From assembly GCA_016181305.1 (NCBI GenBank), contig JACOZN010000010.1, positions 66,814 to 130,813 of the forward strand: 64,000 nucleotides of DNA, given 5' to 3'. The notes under the pieces were generated by a model that saw nothing but the letters and a program-made list of their open reading frames with translations, did not search any database and was not told the DNA's origin. The translations under genes were made by a program, and so were the position numbers. Positions 8,295-17,392 of this stretch are shown here, piece after piece (positions within the stretch are counted from its first letter, which is position 1; the number at the start of each line of letters is the position of its first letter). The DNA comes from Candidatus Woesearchaeota archaeon. GTDB taxonomy: Archaea; Nanobdellota; Nanobdellia; Woesearchaeales; GW2011-AR4.

Positions 8295-9773
8295 ATGAAA
8301 ACAAAGCCGTTGGTTTGGGGGCATAAAAGCAGCACTTGGCTTCTGATTATTTTAGCTTTTGCCCTTGCCCTGAGACTCGTGTTCTTTACAGGCACTGACG
8401 CTTCTGACCCGCTGGCTTATACAAAATACGCAGACATGCTTGCGAAGGGCGAGCCGATAAATGTTGAGAGGGGCGATGCATTCAGGATAGGGCTGCTGCT
8501 GCCTGTTTCTGTGCTGTACAGGATATTTGGATTTAATGAGTTTTCATCAAATGTGCTTGTTATCCTGGCTTCATTGGCTTCAATAGCCCTGATATACAAG
8601 TTTGGGGCAATGCTGTTTAACGAGAAAGCCGGCCTGCTCAGCGCATTTTTGCTGAGCTTTTTCCCATTTGACGTGCTGTATTCTACAAGGCTTATGACTG
8701 AGCTGCCTTCGGCATTTTTTGTTTCATTGGCTGTTTATTTGTTTCTGAAATCTGAAAAAACCGCAAATAAAAGAAAATCATATGCTTACTGCCTTTTCTC
8801 GGGCTTGGCTGTTGGAATGGCGTACCTGATAAAGGAGCTGTCTGTATTAATCATCCTATTTTTTATCGCCTACACTATCTATTATAAAAAAATAAGAGCC
8901 AGATACTGGCTGATTCCATTGGGATTTGCAATAATATTTTTTGTAGAGGCGCTTTATTTTTTAAAGACGGCAGGCAACATGCTCTTTAGGTTTGACACTA
9001 TAACAACGGCAACATACTCCATAGTGCTGGAAAATTATGGCAGGGGCAGCCTTCCATTTTCCCTTTTCCACTTCTTTTACATTGCGTTCACAGACAGCAG
9101 CTTGGGGTTGTTTTACCCGTTTATATTCGTGGCAATATTTTTCTGCATAGCCAGAAAAAAGAAAGATACCTACAACCTGTTGTTATGGTTCATACCTTTG
9201 TTTTTGTATATCAGCTTCGGCTCAATCAGCTTTACAAAATACATACTTTTCCCGGTTACAACACGGCTGTTTTCGATAGTCACCTTTCCGGGAATTTTGC
9301 TGCTGGCATATTTACTTTCGCAGGAAGATAAGCTAATCAAAAGAACGCTGATGCCAATCATCTTAATACTTCTTTTCGTGACATCAATAGGCTATATACA
9401 TGTCTCGCGCCAGAAATCCTTAATCGACAGTGAAAAGGCAGCGTACGAATTCGTAAAAGGGCTTGACAACAGCATATACACTGACGAAAGGACTTTTAAT
9501 ATTTTTGATTATTTATCAGGCTACGATCTGCCGGACAACATCAGGAAGTTCAGCCACTACGAGCCGCTGAACCCGCAGAACACAAGCGCTGTGGAGCTCG
9601 GCAAAATAACAGATTCTTATGTTGTAGTAAACCGCAAGCTGGTAAATTTCTATTTGTCTTACAAGAAAGGCGCCAAGTTTCCCGCTGAAATTTTTAACGT
9701 GCCAAAAGAATGGATTTTAAAAAAAAGCATTGGAAAAGGGGAAAACAGCATTGAGGTATATTACATCCCTTAA
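8295..9773 (+). CDS. GT-C fold integral-membrane glycosyltransferase (GT39 / ArnT / PMT_2-like)
   Basis: About 10 or more hydrophobic segments with an N-terminal-loop acidic motif region ('FFTGTDASDPLAY') and 'FPFDVLYSTRLMTELPSAFF'. This is the typical ArnT/PMT-like architecture with a C-terminal soluble domain. Confidence 0.6.
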   Translation: MKTKPLVWGHKSSTWLLIILAFALALRLVFFTGTDASDPLAYTKYADMLAKGEPINVERGDAFRIGLLLPVSVLYRIFGFNEFSSNVLVILASLASIALIYKFGAMLFNEKAGLLSAFLLSFFPFDVLYSTRLMTELPSAFFVSLAVYLFLKSEKTANKRKSYAYCLFSGLAVGMAYLIKELSVLIILFFIAYTIYYKKIRARYWLIPLGFAIIFFVEALYFLKTAGNMLFRFDTITTATYSIVLENYGRGSLPFSLFHFFYIAFTDSSLGLFYPFIFVAIFFCIARKKKDTYNLLLWFIPLFLYISFGSISFTKYILFPVTTRLFSIVTFPGILLLAYLLSQEDKLIKRTLMPIILILLFVTSIGYIHVSRQKSLIDSEKAAYEFVKGLDNSIYTDERTFNIFDYLSGYDLPDNIRKFSHYEPLNPQNTSAVELGKITDSYVVVNRKLVNFYLSYKKGAKFPAEIFNVPKEWILKKSIGKGENSIEVYYIP

Positions 9774-9805
9774 TTATTCCATGATTGGCTGGATTTTATC
9801 TTCTT

Positions 9806-10570
9806 CTATTCTTGCAGCTTCTTTTCCCTGTAATACACCACAATCAGGTTGTCAATCGGCTTGTTGTGCCATATGGCTTCCAGGCCGCATTGCCCGCCCA
9901 GCGCTATCATATCCCTTAGGCGGAAATAGTAAAGGTGCTCTGTCGGCATTATGTGCTTCCAAGCCCTTCCCTCTTTCCTGTGGTTGCTGCATTCAAAATC
10001 ATGGGTGCCTATGGCTATCACTCCGCCTGCAGCCAGCCTTTTCCGCATCTCAATTAAAAGCCTGTCAGGACTTACCAAATGCTCTATTGTGTTGTAGCAT
10101 GTTATTGCATCAAACTTTTCAAGCGGATAATTTTCCAGCGTGCTTCTTATAAGCTTTACATTGTATCTTTTCCTTCCCTCTTCAAGGGTTTTCTCGCTTA
10201 AGTCAATTCCAACTGCATCAAATCCTGCATCCTTGGCGGCCTTCACAAGAAAGCCCATTGAGCACCCTACATCAAGAAATTTTCCTTTTGCCTTGAATTT
10301 TGACAAAAATTTGATTCTTTCCCTTGATATCTCCATAAACTCATTAAGCCTTTCGTGTATGTCCTTCTCGCCGACTGACACCTGATAGCTTTCCCAGTAA
10401 TCTCCTGCATACACATCCTGGAAATGCCCGTCCTCAGGCATGGGAAAAACAAATGCAAAGCCGCAGCCGCTGCACTTCACAATATTTTGCCTTTCAAAAT
10501 CATACACAATCTTATGCTCTTTTGAGCCGCACAGAAGGCAGCTGCCTTTGCCATATTTTGGCTTTTCCAT
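9806..10570 (-). CDS. Class I SAM-dependent methyltransferase with N-terminal Cys4 zinc ribbon
   Basis: 'CLLCGSKEHK...CSGCGFAF' is a zinc ribbon and 'FLDVGCSMGFLVKAAKDAGFDAVGIDLS' is SAM motif I. The ORF track start is 10591. I prefer ATG 10570, which gives a TAATG junction with the upstream stop. Confidence 0.7.
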   Translation of the reverse strand: MEKPKYGKGSCLLCGSKEHKIVYDFERQNIVKCSGCGFAFVFPMPEDGHFQDVYAGDYWESYQVSVGEKDIHERLNEFMEISRERIKFLSKFKAKGKFLDVGCSMGFLVKAAKDAGFDAVGIDLSEKTLEEGRKRYNVKLIRSTLENYPLEKFDAITCYNTIEHLVSPDRLLIEMRKRLAAGGVIAIGTHDFECSNHRKEGRAWKHIMPTEHLYYFRLRDMIALGGQCGLEAIWHNKPIDNLIVVYYREKKLQE

Positions 10571-11520
10571 TAGTGGTTCATCCCGTACCATTCCAATGTT
10601 TTCTTTATGCCTTCCCTCAGCTTTGTCTGCGGCTCCCAGTTCAGCTTTTCCTTCATTTTGTCCACGACAAGTATTTTTTTCATGGCTCCGTCAGGCTTTT
10701 CCGGCTGCAGGACAAACTCACCTTCCCATCCGACAGTTTCTTTTATTATATTAGCCAACTCAATCACCGAGATGCCTTTTGTCACTCCAATGTTCATTAT
10801 CTCATTGCGCTCAAACTTGTCAAGATTTTCAATGGCTTTCAGTATTCCCTCGGCAGCATCCTTCACATAAATCCATTCCCTTACAGGCTTGCCGGTGCCC
10901 CATATCTCAACAATTTTTTTGTCCTGTTTTTTTGCATCGACAATTTTTGTGATGAAAGCCCCCAGGGCATGCGACTTTACAATTTCAAAATGGTCATTTG
11001 GGCCGTACATGTTCGGAAACACCAGATGTATGGGCCTGAATTCCGGGTTTTTCTGGCAGTAGGCAAAGCAGTCTCCCCAAAACATCTTTCTTGGAAGCCC
11101 GTAAGTAAGGACGCTGTCATGTATGGGGCCGTCCCAGAACTTTGACTCCTCGTATTCCTCCAGATGCCCTGGGTAAGTGCAGTTCGGCATTATGTTAACC
11201 AGATTATTGACTTGAGATTCGCTGCAAGCCCTGACAACACTCAGTCCAATGCTGACATTGTCCTCGAATACTTCCACAGGATGCAAAGCGTTGTATGCTA
11301 TTCCGCCTACATGCGCGGCGCAGTGAACCACTAATTCGGGCTTGAGTTTATCGACAAATTCCTTGAATTGGCTGTAGTTCCGGATATCAATGCCTTCCCT
11401 CCTGCTGCATGAATGCACGTCAAACCCCCTGTTTCTGAGCAATTCCACTACATTGCTGCCCAAAAATCCGGTTCCTCCTGTTACAAGCACTTTCATTTTA
11501 GCCATTTTTGTTTTTTTCAT
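10570..11520 (-). CDS. NAD(P)-dependent sugar epimerase/reductase, GDP-L-fucose synthase (Fcl/GER1)-like
   Basis: 'KVLVTGGTGFLGSNV', 'HCAAHVGGIAYN', 'FPNMYGPNDHF' and 'IWGTGKPVREWIYVKD' follow the Fcl-like pattern. In-frame alternative ATGs at 11505 and 11496 are possible starts. Confidence 0.65.
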   Translation of the reverse strand: MKKTKMAKMKVLVTGGTGFLGSNVVELLRNRGFDVHSCSRREGIDIRNYSQFKEFVDKLKPELVVHCAAHVGGIAYNALHPVEVFEDNVSIGLSVVRACSESQVNNLVNIMPNCTYPGHLEEYEESKFWDGPIHDSVLTYGLPRKMFWGDCFAYCQKNPEFRPIHLVFPNMYGPNDHFEIVKSHALGAFITKIVDAKKQDKKIVEIWGTGKPVREWIYVKDAAEGILKAIENLDKFERNEIMNIGVTKGISVIELANIIKETVGWEGEFVLQPEKPDGAMKKILVVDKMKEKLNWEPQTKLREGIKKTLEWYGMNH

Positions 11521-12607
11521 AAAATTCCCTGATTGAGCCGCAGATGTATTTTATCTGCTCGTCTTTAAGGCTGTAAAAGACAGGCAGTGACAATCCTTCG
11601 TCATAAGCCTTGTTCGAAACTGGAAACTCATCTTCTTTGTAGCCAAGGTGCGCAAGGTAGGGCTGCCTGTGCAATGGGTAAAAAAGGCGCCTTGTCTGAA
11701 TGCCTTTGCCCTCAAGGAAAGGTATCAATTCCGCTAATTTTTCCGCCCATATGTTCACCCTGAAAGGGACAAAATTTGAAAAATCGTTGCCTTTCAAGAA
11801 GCTTACATTTTTAACATCTCGAAGCAGCCTGCGGTAAAGCTCATAATGCTCCAGCTTTACCTTTTCAATCTTTTTGAATTTCCTGATCTGGGCTACGCCG
11901 ACAGCGCACTGCAAATCTGTCATCCTGAAGTTCATTCCCAGGCCCGGGTGCACAAATGTGCCGCTGTGCGGCCTTCCCTGGTTTCGCAGCAGCTTGAGCC
12001 TGCTGTAAAGCTCTTCATTGTTCGTGAGCACAACAGCGCCCTCTCCGGTTGTTATTGTCTTGTCTGCAAAAAAAGATATTATTCCCAGGTCGCCTATTGC
12101 GCCGACATGATTTCCCCTGCAATAAACTCCAAAGCCCTGCGCCGCATCCTCGAGCACCTTTATGCCGCGCCTGGCTGCAATTTCCATAATCTTTCCCATG
12201 TCGCAGCTTCTGCCGTAAATATGCACGGGCATTATGGCCTTGGTTTTTGGCGTTATTGCCTGCTCTATTTTACCTGTGTCTATGTTTAAGTCATCATCAA
12301 GAACATCGACAAATTTTGGAACAGCTCCCCTGAATATCACAGGCGATGCCGAGGCGCTGAAGGTGAAGTCCGGCAAGATTACCTCATCGCCTTCCCTGAT
12401 GCCCAATGCCGCCAAAGAAAGGTACAATGCCAGTGTGCCGTTGCTGGCCAAAACAGCGTACCTTGCTTTTGTGAATTTTTTTATATCCTCCAGAAACTCC
12501 TCGGAAAAAGGGCCTTCTGTTATCCACCTGGTTTCTATGACTTTTTTCAGGTTGTTCAGCTCGTCTTCGTCAAAATACGGCTCCAATTGGGGAACTTTGT
12601 ATTTCAT
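11498..12607 (-). CDS. DegT/DnrJ/EryC1/StrS-family PLP-dependent sugar aminotransferase
   Basis: 'LASNGTLALYLSLAALGIREGDEVILPDFTF', 'IMPVHIYG' and 'SFFADKTITTGEGAVV' (catalytic Lys region). Confidence 0.8.
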   Translation of the reverse strand: MKYKVPQLEPYFDEDELNNLKKVIETRWITEGPFSEEFLEDIKKFTKARYAVLASNGTLALYLSLAALGIREGDEVILPDFTFSASASPVIFRGAVPKFVDVLDDDLNIDTGKIEQAITPKTKAIMPVHIYGRSCDMGKIMEIAARRGIKVLEDAAQGFGVYCRGNHVGAIGDLGIISFFADKTITTGEGAVVLTNNEELYSRLKLLRNQGRPHSGTFVHPGLGMNFRMTDLQCAVGVAQIRKFKKIEKVKLEHYELYRRLLRDVKNVSFLKGNDFSNFVPFRVNIWAEKLAELIPFLEGKGIQTRRLFYPLHRQPYLAHLGYKEDEFPVSNKAYDEGLSLPVFYSLKDEQIKYICGSIREFYEKNKNG

Positions 12608-12611
12608 GCAG

Positions 12612-12616
12612 TCACC
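12612..12616 (-). promoter_or_regulatory. Shine-Dalgarno GGTGA for the DegT gene, embedding the TGA stop of the upstream gene
   Basis: The minus strand reads AAGGTGACTGCATG, with 4 nt of spacing between GGTGA and ATG 12607. Confidence 0.4.
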
Positions 12617-13379
12617 TTAGCTTACAGACAAAGTTTATTTTCCAGTCATTTTCGGCAATTTTTTTGCTTGGCTCCTTGTAAGGGAATGCCTGCACGACTT
12701 TCAGGCCTGAAGCATCAAGAGCACTCGCAATCTCGTTGTATGTGAAAAAGTTGATTACAATGCTGGGATTGGCGCGCTCTGCAAGCCTGCCGTTCTTATA
12801 AGCTTTTATGTCATACTTCAGCGTGCAAACCTGCCTTAAAAAATCAGTCTTTGGGATTGCTTTCCTCTCAATTTTTAACCCTTTCCATTCGATTGTCTTT
12901 GTTTTTATTTCCGGGGGATGCAGAAAAACAGCGCTGCCGTTCCATGCATCGAAAATGAATATTGAGCCATTTTTCATGTTTTTAGCCACTGAACTGAAAA
13001 AGCCCACAAGATTCTTGTACGGGCCAAGCGCATTCACGACATCAAACAAGGATATGATTACATCAAACGGCTCATTTACATCTTTAAAGCTTTTGCACTC
13101 AAAATGCAGCCCTGTGGACTTGCCTCTTGCAATGCCAATCATGTGCCTTGACACATCAAATCCATATGCCCTGTAGCCCATCCTGGAAAATGCAATGGTG
13201 TGGTTTCCGGTGCCGCAGCCCACATCAGCCAGCTTAAGGCTTTTTTTCCCTGAATTTTCTTTCTTTAAATATTTCCTTATGACAGAATCTATTACTCTGG
13301 CTTCTCCATCATAGTCCTTGCCCTTGTTTATCAAATCGTAATACTTCGAAAATGTCCCGCTGTAATTGGTGTTTTTCAT
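12612..13379 (-). CDS. Class I SAM-dependent methyltransferase
   Basis: 'LADVGCGTGNHTIAFSRMGYRAYGFDVS' is motif I/II. 'FDVIISLFDVVNAL' and 'MKNGSIFIFD' are also present. Confidence 0.7.
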   Translation of the reverse strand: MKNTNYSGTFSKYYDLINKGKDYDGEARVIDSVIRKYLKKENSGKKSLKLADVGCGTGNHTIAFSRMGYRAYGFDVSRHMIGIARGKSTGLHFECKSFKDVNEPFDVIISLFDVVNALGPYKNLVGFFSSVAKNMKNGSIFIFDAWNGSAVFLHPPEIKTKTIEWKGLKIERKAIPKTDFLRQVCTLKYDIKAYKNGRLAERANPSIVINFFTYNEIASALDASGLKVVQAFPYKEPSKKIAENDWKINFVCKLR

Positions 13380-13381
13380 GC

Positions 13382-14797
13382 CTATACCCTGAATTTGAAC
13401 AGTTTCATTGCCTTCAATGATATTTTAAGCAGCATCCAGCCGTGCTTGATGGCATTGATTTTTGTTTTACCATACTTCCTCGGCAGGTATGTTATCGGGA
13501 CCTCAACCAGCTTAAGGTTGTTCTTCATGCACCAGAATATCATCTCAAAATCGCCAAAAGGATCCAAGTCCCTGAAAAAGTTTTTTTGCTTCTCAAACTG
13601 CCTGTACCTTTCCCTGGACATGGCTTTCACTCCTGAAAGCGTGTCTGTAAACCTCTGGCCAACTATCCATGTGAATATTTTTGCGAACATGCCGTTTCCG
13701 AAATAATTAAGCTTTGGCATGGCTTTTTTGTTCATCCTGTAAACAAGCCTTGATCCCTGTATGTACTCGCCGTAGCCCTTTTTATAGATGTCCCAGACAT
13801 ATGATATTTCTTCAGGAGGCGTTGTGAGATCTGCTTCCAGAAGTATGATAAAGTCGCCTTTTGCATACCCAAAGCCCGTGTAAATTGCGTCTTTTGGGCC
13901 GATGCCCTTCTGCTTCAGCAGCTTTATGTCCTTTTTCGGGTATTTTTTAATCATCTCCCTTATCTTGCCGTAAGTATTGTCCTTTGAGCCGCCTTCCACA
14001 AAAATCAGCTCTGTATGCCCTCCCATGCTTGGCGTTCTTTTTACAAGCTCCTCTATGTTGCCCTCTTCGTCCTTGCAGGTCAGGACAACAGACACATTTT
14101 TTGCATCTTTAGGGGCTTCATTCAGCCTGAAAATAAGGAATTGGTTGATGCACAGGCCGTTAATTAAAGGCAGCTTTGCAAGCACTTTGTTTAAGAATGC
14201 CGACAGAATCGGGATATATTTGGGCATCAGCCCGAATTTGTCCCTTTTTATCAGCTGGTAGCCGTTGATGTTTATGATATTCTCTATGTCCTTGACGGCA
14301 AGCTCGTTTATCTTGACTTCAGGCATCTTGAGCCTCAGCTTCTCTGAGAGCCTGAGCAAAGGAGACCAAATCCGGTTGTACTCGGAGATTATTATCCTTG
14401 TGTCATGATTGCAGGATTTTTTTATGTTCTGCAGCAGTTTCTGCATGTTGGTTATGCTTAAAATGCCGGATATTATTATATAGTCAAATTTCTCTTTTGT
14501 GCTGAAATCATCATAGGCTGAGCATACAAACTTGATGCCGGGATAGCTTTTTCTTGCAGCCTTGATTGTTTCATCGCTGAAATCAACTCCGACTCCGTAA
14601 GACGGATTGAGGCTGCCTATTATGTAGCCTATGCCGCAGCCAAGCTCAAGAACCCTGCTATTCTCGGGCACCACGAAAGAATAGTATTTCAGCATCTGCC
14701 CGTGATAATATTTGTTTTTCCTTATCCACTGGTGCCTTTCTTTCGCGTAAGAGTCGTAATGCTCCCGTATATTCCTTAAAAGATTCCTGTCTATCAT
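13382..14797 (-). CDS. Two-domain protein: N-terminal SAM methyltransferase + C-terminal GT2 (dolichyl-phosphate sugar synthase-like) glycosyltransferase
   Basis: N-terminal 'VLELGCGIGYIIGSL' and 'FDYIIISGIL'. C-terminal 'VSVVLTCKDEEGNIEELV', 'ELIFVEGGSKDNT' and 'GDFIILLEADLTTPPEE' (GT-A DxD-like region). Confidence 0.7.
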   Translation of the reverse strand: MIDRNLLRNIREHYDSYAKERHQWIRKNKYYHGQMLKYYSFVVPENSRVLELGCGIGYIIGSLNPSYGVGVDFSDETIKAARKSYPGIKFVCSAYDDFSTKEKFDYIIISGILSITNMQKLLQNIKKSCNHDTRIIISEYNRIWSPLLRLSEKLRLKMPEVKINELAVKDIENIININGYQLIKRDKFGLMPKYIPILSAFLNKVLAKLPLINGLCINQFLIFRLNEAPKDAKNVSVVLTCKDEEGNIEELVKRTPSMGGHTELIFVEGGSKDNTYGKIREMIKKYPKKDIKLLKQKGIGPKDAIYTGFGYAKGDFIILLEADLTTPPEEISYVWDIYKKGYGEYIQGSRLVYRMNKKAMPKLNYFGNGMFAKIFTWIVGQRFTDTLSGVKAMSRERYRQFEKQKNFFRDLDPFGDFEMIFWCMKNNLKLVEVPITYLPRKYGKTKINAIKHGWMLLKISLKAMKLFKFRV

Positions 14798-14828
14798 AAG
14801 AGTTTTTGCCCCCTAAAAAAGCCAAAAT

Positions 14829-15767
14829 TCAGACATTTGAATAAACCCTTGGCACCTGTATGACTTCCATTGCGCGTATAAGCTCCTTGATGCCCTTGTG
14901 TATGTCTATGACTGTGCGGAAGCCAAGGCTGTTGATTTTTTTATATGACACTTCGTAGTTTCTTTGGTCCTCATCCTTGCCGCTGTCGGCAAAATGCAGG
15001 TAGTAATCCTTGTATTTCTTTAATATGAGGGCTATGTCCTCCTTGCTGTAGTTCATGCCATTGTCCCCGACGTTGTACACCTGCCTTGCCATCTTACCCC
15101 TGTTTTCCAGAGCGAATATTACGGACCTCGCTATGTCCCTTACATGGATGAAAGTCCTTTTGAATTCCTTTTCATAAATTAAAAGGTAGTTGTTTTTTAC
15201 CATCTGGTAGACAAAGTCGTTAATCAGCAGGTCCAGCCTCATTCTTGGGGAAACCCCGAATGCAGTTGCATACCTGTATATGACTACATTGCATGACTTG
15301 TTTGCGAGAAAATGCCTTTCTGCATTTGTCTTCGTCTCGCCGTAAACTGTCAACGGGCTTAAAGGCGTTTCTTCAGTGCATACTTCGTCAGTTACAGCGC
15401 CGTAATTGCTTCCGGTTGATGTGAACACGACCAGCTGCTCAGGGCTTACGTTATCGGCAATGAATTTTGACGAGTCCTCGTTTATCTGCTTTGCAAGCAC
15501 AGGGTCTTTTTTGCATGCCGGATAGCCCACTATAGCGGCTAAATGTACTATTGAGTCGGCATCTGAAATAGCTTTCTTCAGCGCATTTCCATCGCGGACA
15601 TCCCCTTTGATAAAATGGAAGCTGTCATTATGGAAAAGCGGCAATATGCCGTCGCCGCCATACATAAGGCTGTCAAAGACTGTGACATCATAGCCTTTCT
15701 CCAGCAGCATAGGAACCAGCACAGAACCTACATATCCTGCCCCGCCGGTAACAAGCACTTTTTCCAT
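14829..15767 (-). CDS. NAD-dependent sugar epimerase/dehydratase (extended SDR)
   Basis: 'MEKVLVTGGAGYVGSVLVPML' and 'YGETK' (YxxxK). The ORF track start is 15845. I prefer ATG 15767 because a TATA box (15791-15798) sits 24 nt upstream of it. Confidence 0.75.
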   Translation of the reverse strand: MEKVLVTGGAGYVGSVLVPMLLEKGYDVTVFDSLMYGGDGILPLFHNDSFHFIKGDVRDGNALKKAISDADSIVHLAAIVGYPACKKDPVLAKQINEDSSKFIADNVSPEQLVVFTSTGSNYGAVTDEVCTEETPLSPLTVYGETKTNAERHFLANKSCNVVIYRYATAFGVSPRMRLDLLINDFVYQMVKNNYLLIYEKEFKRTFIHVRDIARSVIFALENRGKMARQVYNVGDNGMNYSKEDIALILKKYKDYYLHFADSGKDEDQRNYEVSYKKINSLGFRTVIDIHKGIKELIRAMEVIQVPRVYSNV

Positions 15768-15790
15768 AGCTCTTGGTATTGAATGCGCTC

Positions 15791-15798
15791 TTTTAAAG
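15791..15798 (-). promoter_or_regulatory. TATA box (minus-strand CTTTAAAA) for the SDR gene
   Basis: It lies 24 nt upstream of ATG 15767. Confidence 0.45.
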
Positions 15799-15869
15799 TT
15801 TTCGATAGGGCATCGTCTTGGGCTCGGCATTCTGAACATTGACAAGGCGCAAATTCAAAATCAAAAACG

Positions 15870-15877
15870 TTTAAATA
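15870..15877 (+). promoter_or_regulatory. TATA box TTTAAATA for the flippase gene
   Basis: It ends 23 nt upstream of ATG 15900. Confidence 0.55.
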
Positions 15878-15899
15878 AAGACTGGGCAAACCACTGAAA

Positions 15900-17390
15900 A
15901 TGGAGAACTACACCAAGTTTGCCATCAGGGGCGCTGCCATAGTGTTTGTCATTTCAATTATAGCAGCCTTTATGGGATATATTGTCAGGATACTGCTGGC
16001 AAGGAATCTGAGCATAGAGGACTTTGGCTTGTTTTACGCTGTTGTCTCATTCCTGGGGCTCATAGGGGTTTTTAAGAGCCTTGGGTTTGACAGGGCGCTG
16101 ACAAAGTTCATTCCTGAATTCGAGAGCAAAGGCAGGAATGACCTGATAAAAAGCTCAATAATCTATGTTTTGGCTATACAAGTTGTGGTAAATTCTGTCG
16201 TCATTATTGCCGTTTATCTTCTCTCGAATTACCTCAGCTCTCATTTTTTTCACAATGCAAATGCGGGCTTTGTGCTTAAGCTGATGGCAATAGCATTCTT
16301 CATAGACAGCTTTACGATAGTGCTGAAGTTTGCTTTCCAGGGATTCAGGAAGATGTGGTATTTCTCATTGGTGGATTTGGTCAGGATGCTGCTGATCATA
16401 GGCATAATTCTTATCGGGCTGAAAACTGGCTTTGGATTGAAGATTCCTGTATATGCCTATATACTAACGCCGCTTATTCTGACGATAATTTTCGGCTTTA
16501 TTTTTGTGAAAAAAGTTTTCCCAAAGTTCTTTGAGTCAAAATTTTCCTGGAGCAGGAGACTGTTCAGGAGGATATCAAAATACAGCATATTTGTGCTGGC
16601 AAATGATGTTGGCGGCGTTATTTTGGGAAATACTGATGTGACAATGCTGACTTATTTCACTGACTTGAAGAATGTTGCCTTGTACAGCGTTGCTTACCCG
16701 ACAGCAAGGGTTCTTCTGTACTTTCCGAGGGCTACAGGGCAGGTGCTGTTTCCATTGACAAGCGAGCTGTGGGCAAAGAAAAGAAAAGACCTTCTCAAGG
16801 CAGGCATCGAATCATTATACAAGTATTCCATAATAACAATAATACCAATAGTTTTTGTGGTGTTTTCATTTGCCGACCTTATAATAAGCACGTTATACGG
16901 GAAAGATTACCTGCTCGCGGGCAATGTGATGAAAATACTTGTTTTGGGCATCATGTTTGCAGTCATACACCATGTCAACGGAAATTTTTTTGCAGGCATA
17001 GGAAAGCCGCAGGTAACGAGCAGGATTGTTTATGCGGCTGCTGTTTTCAACTTTGCCGCAAACCTTGCAATGATTCCATTTTTGGGCATACTGGGGGCTG
17101 CCATCACGACTGCAGCAGGATATCTTATAATGATGGTTATGGGGCTTATTGAAATCAGAAAATTCATCGCAATTTCTTACCCCATAAAGCCGTGGCTGGG
17201 CACTCTTGCTGCAGGCATTGCTGCCACAGCAGCAATATGGCTTCTGAAGGAAGCAATTTCCCTTAATGTATGGCTGGAAACAGGAATAATTTTAGCAATA
17301 TCAGGGCTTTTGTACATAGCTGTGCTGTTTCTGCTTAGGGTTGTAAAGGTTCAGGAATTGAAAGATTTGTACAAAAGAGTGTTAAAATAA
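15900..17390 (+). CDS. Wzx-like oligosaccharide/polysaccharide flippase (MOP superfamily)
   Basis: About 12-14 hydrophobic segments over 496 aa. The N-terminus 'FAIRGAAIVFVISIIAAFMGYIVRILLARNLSIEDFG' is typical of Polysacc_synt proteins. Confidence 0.7.
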   Translation: MENYTKFAIRGAAIVFVISIIAAFMGYIVRILLARNLSIEDFGLFYAVVSFLGLIGVFKSLGFDRALTKFIPEFESKGRNDLIKSSIIYVLAIQVVVNSVVIIAVYLLSNYLSSHFFHNANAGFVLKLMAIAFFIDSFTIVLKFAFQGFRKMWYFSLVDLVRMLLIIGIILIGLKTGFGLKIPVYAYILTPLILTIIFGFIFVKKVFPKFFESKFSWSRRLFRRISKYSIFVLANDVGGVILGNTDVTMLTYFTDLKNVALYSVAYPTARVLLYFPRATGQVLFPLTSELWAKKRKDLLKAGIESLYKYSIITIIPIVFVVFSFADLIISTLYGKDYLLAGNVMKILVLGIMFAVIHHVNGNFFAGIGKPQVTSRIVYAAAVFNFAANLAMIPFLGILGAAITTAAGYLIMMVMGLIEIRKFIAISYPIKPWLGTLAAGIAATAAIWLLKEAISLNVWLETGIILAISGLLYIAVLFLLRVVKVQELKDLYKRVLK

Positions 17391-17392
17391 GG

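Noticed and set aside
10453-11145. 230-aa plus-strand ORF (and its neighbours at 10440..10754 and 10607..10870)
   Set aside because: It lies entirely antisense to the Fcl-like gene, which has clear SDR motifs. Its composition is S/L/F/C/H-rich with no recognisable motif. This is a typical shadow ORF.
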